Positions 21,101-29,837 of a DNA stretch of 64,000 bases are shown here, piece by piece; the first letter of the stretch is position 1, and each line of letters opens with the position of its first letter. A program made the position numbers and the translations under genes. The stretch comes from Candidatus Altimarinota bacterium (GTDB lineage: Bacteria > Patescibacteriota > Gracilibacteria > 1-14-2-50-48-13). The DNA lies in assembly GCA_046314355.1 (NCBI GenBank), contig JBKBWQ010000001.1, positions 928,001 to 992,000 of the forward strand, in the 5' to 3' direction. The notes beneath the pieces are model-generated. The model was given only the letters and a program-made list of their open reading frames with translations. It was not told the DNA's origin and did no database searches.

Positions 21101-22216
21101 TTCACTAAAAAGACTACCTGTAGCGTATACGATACTCTGGTTATTATTTGCTAATGTAAAGATACCACTCGTGAACGCTTGGTAGTCTTGTGTAAGAGTG
21201 AGCGTATCTAGCACACTCATTGTATCAAGATCTATTGATTCCAGTTTTGTAGGAGCTGATCCACTCATGATGTATGCTTTTCCCTGCGTAAAATCAAATT
21301 CTGAATCTGCGTATGCACCATAGATATTTACACTTTGATCGACCGTCATTGTTGCAAGGTCCAGCTTCATCATGACAGGAACAGCATCATCAACCACAAT
21401 ATACATTTTCTGATCAGCAATATCGAAATCATAGGTTGTTGTAGCAGCAAATGCTGGACCAATAGGTAGAGTGGCAGTTACAGTAAAGTCAGAAAGACGA
21501 ATCTGCTTTAAGTAGACCTGATTACCCCAGGTAAAGTTTGCCGCATAGGCATATCCATTTGCTTCATCAAGAGTGTACTGTGAAAAACTGTTGCTGCCGT
21601 TGGGTACAGCTACTTGAGACTCAATAACCATGTCTGATAAACGTATTTTTAAAAATCTTCCTGTTGAGTTATTCACAGCAACATACGCATAAAGACCGTC
21701 TGCACTTATAGATGACTTTGAACTATATGAGGCAGCATTACTTATAGTAATGTTTGATACAAGCTCTAGATCAGAGAGTCGAATTTTTATAAAAGTTGTT
21801 TTACTGTTATTACCACCTACATAATATGCATACTCTTTCGCACTATCCATGAATCCAGAAATAAAATTTGACTCCGCATTATTATAATCATAGCTTTGTC
21901 TCTGGAGAATTTTTCCATCACTAATACGCATCTTAAGAATAGATGCAGGATTTGAGCCTGTAGCATAGTAGGCGGTATCATTATTTTCATCAAACAGTGC
22001 ACCTTCCATCTCTTCCCAGTATCCATTACTACTCATATAGTCAGTCTGACGAATACCTAAATTAGGATAGGTGTTCACACCGGGACTGAGCAATCCCTCT
22101 TCACTCGCTTGGACTAAAGAAAATGAACTGGGAGATATCATCAAAACAAGCAGTACCATACTGATGATCTTTTTTGCTTTCCCTAGAAAAAAGCTATGCG
22201 TGTTGGAGTTGTGCAT
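18188..22216 (-). CDS. Large secreted beta-propeller repeat surface protein with a Calx-beta/Ig-like domain and C-terminal SLH domains
   Basis: Signal peptide; about 40-aa repeats (D....yaY......l.KIDL.T); TLTFTSSNWNVPQIVT; P/G/N/T linker; SLH motifs (FKPDNSITRAEALK). Confidence 0.8.
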   Translation of the reverse strand: MHNSNTHSFFLGKAKKIISMVLLVLMISPSSFSLVQASEEGLLSPGVNTYPNLGIRQTDYMSSNGYWEEMEGALFDENNDTAYYATGSNPASILKMRISDGKILQRQSYDYNNAESNFISGFMDSAKEYAYYVGGNNSKTTFIKIRLSDLELVSNITISNAASYSSKSSISADGLYAYVAVNNSTGRFLKIRLSDMVIESQVAVPNGSNSFSQYTLDEANGYAYAANFTWGNQVYLKQIRLSDFTVTATLPIGPAFAATTTYDFDIADQKMYIVVDDAVPVMMKLDLATMTVDQSVNIYGAYADSEFDFTQGKAYIMSGSAPTKLESIDLDTMSVLDTLTLTQDYQAFTSGIFTLANNNQSIVYATGSLFSEVTVIDLGSFTEAGTINFNPLPDHYYNSFIKGEDDKNIYLVTAQFFNSPEETAIYGIDVDAMNAIGNVELLDQSLISYFQAPQAKTIHMFTAGDVQLGNNLDIIDLDTLIVEDHYEIGLSDGAAKFSTYDPVGGFLYVVTETNHNDSDITIMKVDAKTFEYVDQFIGTTPGSSSDANIIFDPIRNKLYIAGRNFNGSGYPNVMLKIDAATMTEEAVLDTGDAAFTNGLVFDSTTSYLYGATRDNVWNQSVGRIGKIDLQTFTVVDTVDTPQWGWTGGGINNTTGKLYFGDEDSGDFIQVDADTLQIDDTLSAATESTNTVVIDEANNIAYISGEHWTNLGSEVAKIDLATFTKVASIRLSEPQNPVYMGALDAAKGLLYFAAGWPAKLHTVQTSDFTQINELSFDPKLESLDNLQLDTERGFIYGGTYTYPAFVTRIGLSQKGMVHATKMTLSQPASIVNALRFYSHSAAGNIELALYDDQKQLLWESGSVPNNKTNGWVTVPVANGSPTTLTSLPAGDYWIAYQTDSTASAPSLTSGSLGDGLVWMQEYGTFPSSLQSSRLSTEQWTTSAIYNLNAVITETSGTTLITEDGGTDTYSIVLTEAPTADVEVAINTTGGIIADTATLTFTSSNWNVPQIVTLNITNDNTANGNRTATISHVLTTTDEGYATVSIPDLTVTIEDTVIPVPPAGPAPTTGGGGGGYTPVAQLNVNTNIQPTTNQNSNVEPRGENANTNSSVPGRNTNGNTAPTRPSAPEVVNPNTPVGRFNIPFKDTICAPMKSQDPAIAESISQEDLKIFIENLLKKGVAFQRQGEVFDPAASVNRSEMLRYIIQGNCEDFRNYSEFPAPFSDVAITHQDALFIYLAKLRSIVRGYIHDGTFKPDNSITRAEALKIILEMTLSDGKFTFSGSAEPFTDVSWKDENTWYKGYLSYAVEKGIVTVSESKLFRPNDKALKSEIIFMLARSMKVKNQ

Positions 22217-22301
22217 GTGGTATTTTTATTTTTGTATAAGCGGCTAACTTGCCTAATTAATATTTAACGTTTTAATTATACTTCAAATAACCAAATAATA
22301 C

Positions 22302-22337
22302 AAAAAAAGCACCTACCGTTTGATAGATGCTTTTTTT
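22302..22337 (-). terminator. Intrinsic terminator after rpsO
   Basis: Minus strand GCATCTATC-aaac-GGTAGGTGC (with G-U pairs) followed by T7. Confidence 0.8.
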
Positions 22338-22340
22338 ACT

Positions 22341-22610
22341 TTATGCAGATGCTCTTAGTCCAAGCTCCTCTACAAGTTTCTTGTATGCCTCAACATCATT
22401 ATTCTTAAGATAGTTGAGAAGTCTTCGTCTCTTACCTACAAGCATATACAATCCTCTTCGAGAATGATTATCCTTCTTATGCATCTTAAGATGCTCAGTA
22501 AGGTGAGAAATTCGGTGGCTGATAATAGCTACCTGTACTTCAGCAGACCCGGTATCCTTCGCGTGCTGCTGATGCTTTTCAATAATAGATTTTTTCTGTG
22601 GCCTCTTCAT
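22341..22610 (-). CDS. rpsO: 30S ribosomal protein S15
   Basis: [21 protein letters not shown] and [10 protein letters not shown]. Confidence 0.98.
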   Translation of the reverse strand: MKRPQKKSIIEKHQQHAKDTGSAEVQVAIISHRISHLTEHLKMHKKDNHSRRGLYMLVGKRRRLLNYLKNNDVEAYKKLVEELGLRASA

Positions 22611-22653
22611 AGGGCTGACAAATTTAAAAAATAGAGATACGGGAATCGCAAGA

Positions 22654-22681
22654 ATCTTACAGGAGAAAGCGTGAATTGCAA
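22654..22681 (-). promoter_or_regulatory. Putative rpsO promoter
   Basis: Minus strand TTGCAA-N16-TAAGAT, about 45 nt upstream of the start. Confidence 0.45.
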
Positions 22682-22893
22682 GATGAAGTAATAGAGAGTA
22701 ATTGAGTAAATAAGTAATTAGTAATTAAGCGAGGGCTCATGACCGAGTTCCCTATTTCCTATTTCTCATGTCCTAATCCTATTTCCTCTTTAATTCTCCA
22801 TACCTACCCCCAATTACTAGTTACTCTCTTACTTATCACTTGAGCCCCTTCTCTTTTTTCACTATACTCTCTTCGTTCTCTTAAAAATCGTGC

Positions 22894-23841
22894 ATGAAAC
22901 AAAGAAACAGCATTTTCAAAAAAGCATGGGAAATCACTACTGATGAGCATAATGCCCGTCTTTTCTGGTACGGTTTTATTCCTGCACTTCTTACTACAAT
23001 AATAAGCTCTCTCACTTATTCTTTCCAAGGATATAGATATTGGACTGAATTTGTCGTCCAGGGAGATGTCCGGTCAGCAGTCCTCAACCTCTTTGGGTCA
23101 TTTTTCGGATATCTTGGAGCAAATCTTGGAATGGGGATTATCCTGATTTTTCTTGGCATCATATTTTTTCTTGCATACTATTTTCTGCCTATCATATTTC
23201 ACGGAGGGCTTATAAAGATCCTGCCAAAAGTACTAGATAGAGAGGCAGTGAAATTTCGAATGGGATTAGTCTATGGAGGAAGATACTTTTTCAAATTATT
23301 TGAATACAAGACTCTCTTCTCTCCCTTTAAAATTACATGGGTACTGCTTACCTACAGTATACTTAAAATATTCAGCCCGGAACTTTTAGGTCCCATGGCT
23401 ATTCCCCTTATCGTCTGGTTTATTATCAATGTTCTGATAAACCTGCTCTTTGTGTTTGTAGAATACTTTATCGTATTAAAGGATAAGCTTGTTCTAGACT
23501 CCATAAGAGCAAGTATGAAAATGGTATTTCTGCACATGGAAGATGTACTTCTCATGATCGGACTGATTCTACTTATGGAAGTCCGAATACTCATAAATGT
23601 TCTCTTCCTTGTAGGTATCCCACTTCTTTTCTTCTTCCTATTAAGCTTTATTACAAACACTCTTCTGATTAGTATTGGAACAGGATTCATTGTCATTCTA
23701 GCCATCGCACTTCTCCTCTTCATTTCGTATTTAAACGCTCACATCACAGTATTTATTACAAGCGCCTGGCTTCTCACATTCATGTACTTTCAAAATGAGC
23801 TTCCTGTTGAAAATGAAACTATAGAGCCAGTTACCTCATAA
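22894..23841 (+). CDS. Polytopic membrane protein of unknown function
   Basis: About 6-7 hydrophobic helices; SIFKKAW and DSIRASMKMV patterns. Confidence 0.8.
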   Translation: MKQRNSIFKKAWEITTDEHNARLFWYGFIPALLTTIISSLTYSFQGYRYWTEFVVQGDVRSAVLNLFGSFFGYLGANLGMGIILIFLGIIFFLAYYFLPIIFHGGLIKILPKVLDREAVKFRMGLVYGGRYFFKLFEYKTLFSPFKITWVLLTYSILKIFSPELLGPMAIPLIVWFIINVLINLLFVFVEYFIVLKDKLVLDSIRASMKMVFLHMEDVLLMIGLILLMEVRILINVLFLVGIPLLFFFLLSFITNTLLISIGTGFIVILAIALLLFISYLNAHITVFITSAWLLTFMYFQNELPVENETIEPVTS

Positions 23842-23917
23842 AATAGGACTTTTTCGAAAAATTCCCTTGTGATTTAGCGAAAATCTCGTACATTATACAC
23901 TGTCCATAGAAAACTAT

Positions 23918-23992
23918 GGCCCCATCATCTAATGGTTAGGATAGAGCCCTCTCACGGCTCAAATCGGGGTTCGAATCCCCGTGGGGTCACCA
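23918..23992 (+). tRNA. tRNA-Glu (anticodon CTC) with encoded CCA; integration target
   Basis: GGCCCCA/TGGGGTC acceptor stem, anticodon arm GAGCC-CTCTCAC-GGCTC, T arm CGGGG-TTCGAAT-CCCCG, 3' ACCA. Confidence 0.96.
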
Positions 23993-25640
23993 ACTGTGAC
24001 ACATTAGAACTAGAAATGTCCTTAAGCCTGAAGTATGGCTTTATTTTTGGTGTTCGAAACTGTATTTCCTGATATGTGGGAGGTGATGAAAACAAAACCT
24101 TAAATAATGGACCGTAGAGAGGCGCATTTTCTTTTTGGGCAAAGATATTAGGAAGGTGTTCGAAGAATTTGTTAGAGAAAGAAATAAGCTCATCTAATTC
24201 CCTCTCACTTAAGTGATCTTCCTCTTTTTGTTTGATAAGGGATTTTTTTTGATTATCTATCTCTTCTATTTTATCTTCAATCATCTTTAGTACAGTAGGA
24301 TTTGAAAGATTCATAAGTTTATTAAATAAACTAACCCGAGTAAGTTCTAACTCCTGTTGGGTATTCTCATAATATTCTTTACTCTTACGTGAGTCTTCAG
24401 TCTTACGTTTCCATACCTTACGCAGTGAGTAATTAAGTACCATAAAATCTATCTTAGTAAAGTTAAGAGATTCAAAGTACTTAAGGATTTCTTTTTCAAA
24501 TGTATCTTTAGAAATACGGAGGAGTTTATGATTTCTATTACAATGATATGCTGGATACCTTGTTCCTGATTTACCTGTTGATGCACTTGCATGAAAAGGT
24601 TTCTGGCACTCAGGACATAAAACTATATTCTTATAGGGATATAGCTCATTTTCTCGCGTCTTTTTCTTAGGAAAGAATTTTGGATCAGTGATAAGTTCAA
24701 TAGTCTTATCTTCATGTAATACTAATATTCTTTTTCCATCCTGTGCAGTATTCCATTGCTCTATACTAATTAGTCCTTCAAATTGAGCTAATACAGGTTT
24801 GTACCATGTCCATTGCTCACATATAATTCCTGCATAAATAGGACGAGAAAGGTATCTTTGAAGTTGTTTAACTTTTAGTTTTGCACCCCCTCTTTGTCCT
24901 TTAATAGTACCTGTTTGCTTATCTCTCACATAGAAGATTCTGCTCTTGTATCCAAGATTATTTACTATTTCTACAATTTGCTTATCCGTATTAATTCCCG
25001 TAGTTTTTAAGTCAAAAATTTTTTTGATGTAATAAGCTTCTGATTCAAGTGGAATAAGTATTGTAACCTTCTGTCCATATTCGTTATATTTTTTTGTAGA
25101 TGCTAAACCATAAGGAGGATTTCTCATCCATAAACCTGATTTTGTTGCAGCAATTTCCGCACCAATAGTACGACATAGTATATTTTTTCTTTCATTTTCA
25201 CTTTCAATAGCTTTTTGTACCTCAGCAGTTTGGCTTGGAGAAATAAGACTCCACGAATAAGACGTACCCAAATGAGCTAGTGCATTTACTTCAGGTTGAA
25301 CAATACTAGTGACGTCAATAATAACTATACCCATTTCTTTGAGCTGATCTTTTATCCTTGTATATCCTCCAACCCCCTCTCTACTCAATCTATCTATAGC
25401 TCTTACAAAAACAGCACTAATATTGTTTTCTTTATTTTTACAAAAAGTTAAAAGATCATTTAGTCGTGGGCGGTCTGATATAGTACCTGTAATAACATCT
25501 GCAAATATAGACTTTATTTCGTATTCTAATTCTTTTGCCTTATAATTACATGCGTTTATTTGATCATTAGTAGAATTCCCTTCCTGATTCTGCTTATCTG
25601 TAGAAACCCGTGCATAGATAACAGCATTTTTCATACTCAA
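23952..25640 (-). CDS. Large serine recombinase (integrase) whose 3' end overlaps the tRNA antisense
   Basis: YARVSTDKQ nucleophile motif, DRLSR, PPYG recombinase domain, CPEC...YHC zinc ribbon and coiled coil. The last codons (VTPRGFEPRFEP*) are the reverse complement of the tRNA 3' half. The ATG at 25634 is an alternative start. Confidence 0.95.
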   Translation of the reverse strand: MSMKNAVIYARVSTDKQNQEGNSTNDQINACNYKAKELEYEIKSIFADVITGTISDRPRLNDLLTFCKNKENNISAVFVRAIDRLSREGVGGYTRIKDQLKEMGIVIIDVTSIVQPEVNALAHLGTSYSWSLISPSQTAEVQKAIESENERKNILCRTIGAEIAATKSGLWMRNPPYGLASTKKYNEYGQKVTILIPLESEAYYIKKIFDLKTTGINTDKQIVEIVNNLGYKSRIFYVRDKQTGTIKGQRGGAKLKVKQLQRYLSRPIYAGIICEQWTWYKPVLAQFEGLISIEQWNTAQDGKRILVLHEDKTIELITDPKFFPKKKTRENELYPYKNIVLCPECQKPFHASASTGKSGTRYPAYHCNRNHKLLRISKDTFEKEILKYFESLNFTKIDFMVLNYSLRKVWKRKTEDSRKSKEYYENTQQELELTRVSLFNKLMNLSNPTVLKMIEDKIEEIDNQKKSLIKQKEEDHLSERELDELISFSNKFFEHLPNIFAQKENAPLYGPLFKVLFSSPPTYQEIQFRTPKIKPYFRLKDISSSNVSQLVTPRGFEPRFEP

Positions 25641-25649
25641 AGTACAATA

Positions 25650-25787
25650 TTATGATTTCTTAAAAGCCTCATAAACAATTTCAGCCAATACTTCAAAATC
25701 ACTTAGCATAAGTGAAATTTGTTCCTCTGTAAGTCCCTTCTTTGTTAAATAATCCTTTATAAGGATTTCTTCATTCATGTGTTCCAT
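25650..25787 (-). CDS. 45-aa acidic protein directly upstream of the integrase; candidate accessory or directionality factor
   Basis: Hand-translated MEHMNEEILIKDYLTKKGLTEEQISLMLSDFEVLAEIVYEAFKKS*; its stop is 9 nt before the integrase start. Below the ORF track cutoff. Confidence 0.65.
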   Translation of the reverse strand: MEHMNEEILIKDYLTKKGLTEEQISLMLSDFEVLAEIVYEAFKKS

Positions 25788-25814
25788 AGTTCAGGTAAGA
25801 TTCACCTGAACTAT
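25786..25814. promoter_or_regulatory. 11-bp inverted repeat overlapping the start of the small ORF-integrase unit
   Basis: ATAGTTCAGGT-aagattc-ACCTGAACTAT. Confidence 0.6.
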
Positions 25815-25869
25815 AGAGAAGACTTTTACAGAAGTTTCAGAACTTTAGATTTAATCTAAAAAATAATAA

Positions 25870-26553
25870 CTACATTAACTTCTTATTAACGAGCGTTGAA
25901 TAAAGCCTAATACTGTTAATCTGTTTCTCAATTTCCTTCACTTCTTTATAAATTATTGTTTCAATACTTGAATAATTCTTTTTAATTTCAAACTCCTTAT
26001 AAATATATTCCAATGCAGTCTTCATAGTCATTCCACCATTCTTTAATTGATATGCACGCAATGCAATATCAAAGCTTCTTCCTTTATCCCATATACGAGT
26101 ATCAAAGAAAAAATGCTGTATGAGTTTTTTCTGCTCATCAATCTCTTTCCACATTTTCCTAAATTCTACACTTGTAATATCGTATGGTACTTGAAGTGTC
26201 ACATAAGGGACCATAGAGGCTACAGGGGCAATAGAAGCTGTACCATTGCCATTGTAACTTGTAGTAGTGAGATGAGTTACAGTATTCAGCACTATTCTTT
26301 CTGGATATTCAGCAATCCTTTTACTCAATAGAGAATAAAAGAACTTGGGTATGTAAAACTCTTTAGCTAACTCAAGAAAAGCTGAAGAAGTTTGATCTAT
26401 CATAAGAGCCTGATCTACTAACCTAAAGTTATACAGTTCCCTATTTTTGAAGCACTTATTCATAGCACTCTCAAAGAGCTTACTCTTATAGAAGAGAGTT
26501 TTGAGATAGATGAATGCACTTCCTCGGGAAACAGATACTATTTTCTTAGACAT
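25870..26553 (-). CDS. Island hypothetical protein with a possible C-terminal HTH
   Basis: 227 aa; ALRAYQLKNGGMTMKTALEYIYKEF is HTH-like (weak match). Confidence 0.6.
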   Translation of the reverse strand: MSKKIVSVSRGSAFIYLKTLFYKSKLFESAMNKCFKNRELYNFRLVDQALMIDQTSSAFLELAKEFYIPKFFYSLLSKRIAEYPERIVLNTVTHLTTTSYNGNGTASIAPVASMVPYVTLQVPYDITSVEFRKMWKEIDEQKKLIQHFFFDTRIWDKGRSFDIALRAYQLKNGGMTMKTALEYIYKEFEIKKNYSSIETIIYKEVKEIEKQINSIRLYSTLVNKKLM

Positions 26554-26598
26554 AAAGATAAGTCAAATGAAGCTGTATTAAATAATTATACATTATTA

Positions 26599-26907
26599 CT
26601 AAAATTTACATTGATAAACCTTTGCATCTTTAGGTTTCTCACAAGAAAAAGAATTTGATTTTTCTATTCCTAAATCAGTCTTGGAATAAAAATTACCTTT
26701 TCTTATTTCAGTATCACCTGACTTTGATGAAGAACAAGCACCCATTCTAAGAGTACTAGGATTTTTTACGACCATATTTATTTGAAACATTACTGGCTCA
26801 CAAGGATTCCCTAGTTTATTTGGTAGGAAGAAAATACCCAGTGATACACAAAGAAATAAGGCAAGAATACCCATACCCACTAATGGGTCCGCAAAGTTGA
26901 TTTTCAT
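26599..26907 (-). CDS. Small membrane-anchored protein with a four-Cys soluble domain
   Basis: ATG at 26907 (MKINFADP), one TM helix, then four Cys residues. Confidence 0.6.
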   Translation of the reverse strand: MKINFADPLVGMGILALFLCVSLGIFFLPNKLGNPCEPVMFQINMVVKNPSTLRMGACSSSKSGDTEIRKGNFYSKTDLGIEKSNSFSCEKPKDAKVYQCKF

Positions 26908-26942
26908 GTTAGAGAATGTAACATAAATAAATAGAGAACTGC

Positions 26943-27090
26943 AAAAAGGGACAACCCTCAACAGATTCTCCCAACTCTAGGTCCCATTTCGGGCTATGAT
27001 GCTGGCTGATGAGAGGTGCCCCTCAGTGTTCAGCATGCACAGCCAATAACTACAAAAGTAGTATTTTAATGGTTTCCTAGTTGGGAGAAT
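26943..27090 (-). ncRNA. Putative structured leader or small RNA in the island
   Basis: 12-bp closing stem ATTCTCCCAACT/AGTTGGGAGAAT with internal hairpins. Minus-strand TTGATC-N16-TATACT immediately upstream and AGGG-ttgt-CCCT-TTTT immediately downstream. Confidence 0.5.
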
Positions 27091-27224
27091 ACTTGGAGTA
27101 TATAGAAAAACCTATCAAGATCAAGCCTAGAGTCAATCACTATAATTCTAAGGAATTTGATAGTCTTTTTTCTGTCACACGTTACAATTCAAATATTATC
27201 TATGATTCATATTAAAAATTATCT

Positions 27225-28172
27225 ATGAAACTTACAGCAAAACTACCTATTAATTTATCTATTCTCGAAGGAAGTACTTATAAAAAAGATATCTACATGG
27301 ATTTTATAAATAGAAAAGTTTTGGTAACGACTACCATAAATTTTGAGCTTAATAAAGAACATACTCAGGAAGCATATAATGTAGGCTTCTTTAATGATGA
27401 TAAAAGCCTAATGGGACAAACAATATTTGAGATAGATGTCGACTTAACAGAAGAGGAAGAAAAATTATTTGAAACTGAGAGATTCAATAAGATAGGATTT
27501 GATGCAAAAATATTTACTTCAGTAGTGAATGAATTAATTGATTTATATAGGTATAAATCTAAACATTGGTGGATTGAACGTATTTATGAAGATCATATAA
27601 AAGATATATTAGTATCATATAAATATAGTAACTTTATGACCGAGGGAGGTTTTGAAGGAGTATACTCTTCAGACCCTAAAGAAAGAGATAGACTTAAAAA
27701 TAGTATCTCTAATGCCTACCTTCAGAATCAGGAAATTCCTATATTCCTTGAATATCTATTACTTGCTAATAAATATCTCCATTACAAACGGTATGACTTA
27801 GTATCTGTTAATATAAATATTGCACTGGAGAGCTTAATTTACTTAATTTCAAAAGAAGTATTAGGTGATGAACGACATGAAAAATTAGTAGAAGGAGAGC
27901 TATGTAAATGCTGTGAAAGACGAATATACCCAAACTTAAATAAGATTACATCAGAAATAGATACGATACTTCATTATGATCACGATGTTAATAAAGATTT
28001 ATTAAAGAAGATTCAACGACCAAAGGATAGTACACTTAGAAATGATATTACACACGGGCATGTAGTATTTTTAAGCAGGAGTCTGAAGTATGAAGAACAT
28101 GCAAATTTACAGTATGACTCTTTTATAAAGCTTATGAAAATTTACAAGATACAAATAAGTGAATACCTCTAA
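27225..28172 (+). CDS. HEPN-domain protein (ApeA-like architecture); candidate defence RNase
   Basis: C-terminal RNDITHG (RxxxxH) preceded by the IALESLI helix typical of HEPN domains. Confidence 0.65.
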   Translation: MKLTAKLPINLSILEGSTYKKDIYMDFINRKVLVTTTINFELNKEHTQEAYNVGFFNDDKSLMGQTIFEIDVDLTEEEEKLFETERFNKIGFDAKIFTSVVNELIDLYRYKSKHWWIERIYEDHIKDILVSYKYSNFMTEGGFEGVYSSDPKERDRLKNSISNAYLQNQEIPIFLEYLLLANKYLHYKRYDLVSVNINIALESLIYLISKEVLGDERHEKLVEGELCKCCERRIYPNLNKITSEIDTILHYDHDVNKDLLKKIQRPKDSTLRNDITHGHVVFLSRSLKYEEHANLQYDSFIKLMKIYKIQISEYL

Positions 28173-28240
28173 TTATTCAAATATAGAATTCAGTACTTAA
28201 ATTTCTTTCTATCATTGATGTAGTATGTTTATATAAAACA

Positions 28241-29020
28241 TTATTCATTAAGCTTATACTTAGTTTGAAGCCGAAAAGTACCAAAAAATTTAATAAATTC
28301 TTCTTTATTTGTATCTATTAATGTGAATAGAGATATTTTCTCATCACTTTTGCATGTTAGTACCTGAATAGTATTTTCTAACATATTTAGAAGAAATACT
28401 GATTTTTGCATTATTCTTTCCCAATTAAAATAAATATAATTTTGAATAATCAGATTTTTTTTGAAATCCTTAGAATAGTACGAAAAAGATGAATTAAAAT
28501 TATTTAACTGAAATGATTCACCCTTATCAGATTGTAGATTTATCACTCCTCCTTGTGAACTTACCATCCTAAATCCATGCTTAAATGCATTGAGTAATTC
28601 AAAGTCTTTTAAATAATCATGAGATATTTCTGATAAGATTGAAAAGTATAAACTTTTCTTTCGATCAAAGTTTTCAATTAGACTTTTATCATTTACACCA
28701 AACACCCAGTTATTAAAGAAATATTTTGTAAATTTATAATAGTTCTTTCTTTCAAGTACTAAATTCAATCTCTTTCTTAGTTGGTTATTACTTAAAAAAA
28801 GATTATTCCACAAATCATTTTCAGTAATAGTAAAAATGTTAATCCAAAAGACTTCTACTAGCTGTAGATGCGTAGTATAAAGTCTTACAGTCCATATCTT
28901 ACGATCTTTTTCGGAGCATGTTTGGAGCTTTTCACTATATAAGTCTAGTGATTCATTCCAACTGGAGAGATCAAAATGTTCGTAATACTCCTTAATACTC
29001 ATTGGAAGCAATTCATCCAT
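28241..29020 (-). CDS. Island hypothetical protein with a HEPN-like NxxKHG motif
   Basis: LLNAFKHG in a helical context. Confidence 0.55.
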   Translation of the reverse strand: MDELLPMSIKEYYEHFDLSSWNESLDLYSEKLQTCSEKDRKIWTVRLYTTHLQLVEVFWINIFTITENDLWNNLFLSNNQLRKRLNLVLERKNYYKFTKYFFNNWVFGVNDKSLIENFDRKKSLYFSILSEISHDYLKDFELLNAFKHGFRMVSSQGGVINLQSDKGESFQLNNFNSSFSYYSKDFKKNLIIQNYIYFNWERIMQKSVFLLNMLENTIQVLTCKSDEKISLFTLIDTNKEEFIKFFGTFRLQTKYKLNE

Positions 29021-29028
29021 AATTTTCG

Positions 29029-29832
29029 TTAGTTTGTCTGAAGTAATATCTGTCCTGAACCATTTAGTTGAGTATTCATTAATAGACTCTTTATCTTTAT
29101 TTGCTCTTGTTTCAGAGCCTCATTCTCTACTTTTAGTTCGTTCATTTCTAAACTAGTAGAATTTTTCATTTGTTCTAATGTCTTAATTCTATTTTGTTGT
29201 TCAATAAATGAAGCGTTATTCTCAATAACAGCTGGATTATTTTTATCTCCAAATGCTAATATAACTGCCCCTAGTAGGATTAACAACAGAGCACCAAATA
29301 AAAATTTAATAATTTCTTCAGGTATCTTAGCCAGTTTCTTACCTTTAATCCAAAACTCAGTTATTAATAGCGATAGTAATACTAGAAAAACTATCCCCCC
29401 AAGCATGATAATAGTTAATCCTCCAATACGCCAAAAATCTGTTACTGCTTTCAGTATCTGAACTTCTATGGAAAAAAATGTAAAGATTGCTACAAAAATA
29501 CCAAGCAGTTCAATCACTCGAATTTTATCATTTTCAATACTATCTTTTTGCTTTTTTAATTCTTGCTTAAATTTTTTATCTTGTATTATTAGAGCTTTGT
29601 CTAATTCAGCTTTAACTTCATTTAGTCTATCTTCTAAATCTCTAATTGCTTTAAGTTTTTCCTGAGTAAGTTGACCAAAAACTGCTTCAATCTTTAATAA
29701 GCTATCTCTCTCAGTTGTAGAAAGAAGAACTCCTGAAGCAATCAGCGTAGGATTTGCAGAATTACCAGAAATCAAGCGATTAGGAGAATTAGGAGATGTG
29801 CCTGCACCAATTATAGGATTGAGCTGAGTCAT
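29029..29832 (-). CDS. Coiled-coil / 3-TM / coiled-coil membrane protein
   Basis: Heptad regions flank three hydrophobic helices (IELLGIFVAIFTFFSIEVQI...). Confidence 0.75.
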   Translation of the reverse strand: MTQLNPIIGAGTSPNSPNRLISGNSANPTLIASGVLLSTTERDSLLKIEAVFGQLTQEKLKAIRDLEDRLNEVKAELDKALIIQDKKFKQELKKQKDSIENDKIRVIELLGIFVAIFTFFSIEVQILKAVTDFWRIGGLTIIMLGGIVFLVLLSLLITEFWIKGKKLAKIPEEIIKFLFGALLLILLGAVILAFGDKNNPAVIENNASFIEQQNRIKTLEQMKNSTSLEMNELKVENEALKQEQIKIKSLLMNTQLNGSGQILLQTN

Positions 29833-29837
29833 AATTG

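Noticed and set aside
27006-27030. Hammerhead-like CTGATGA followed by a GAGG/CCTC hairpin
   Set aside because: The stem is followed by AGTG rather than the required GAAA, so the catalytic core is incomplete.
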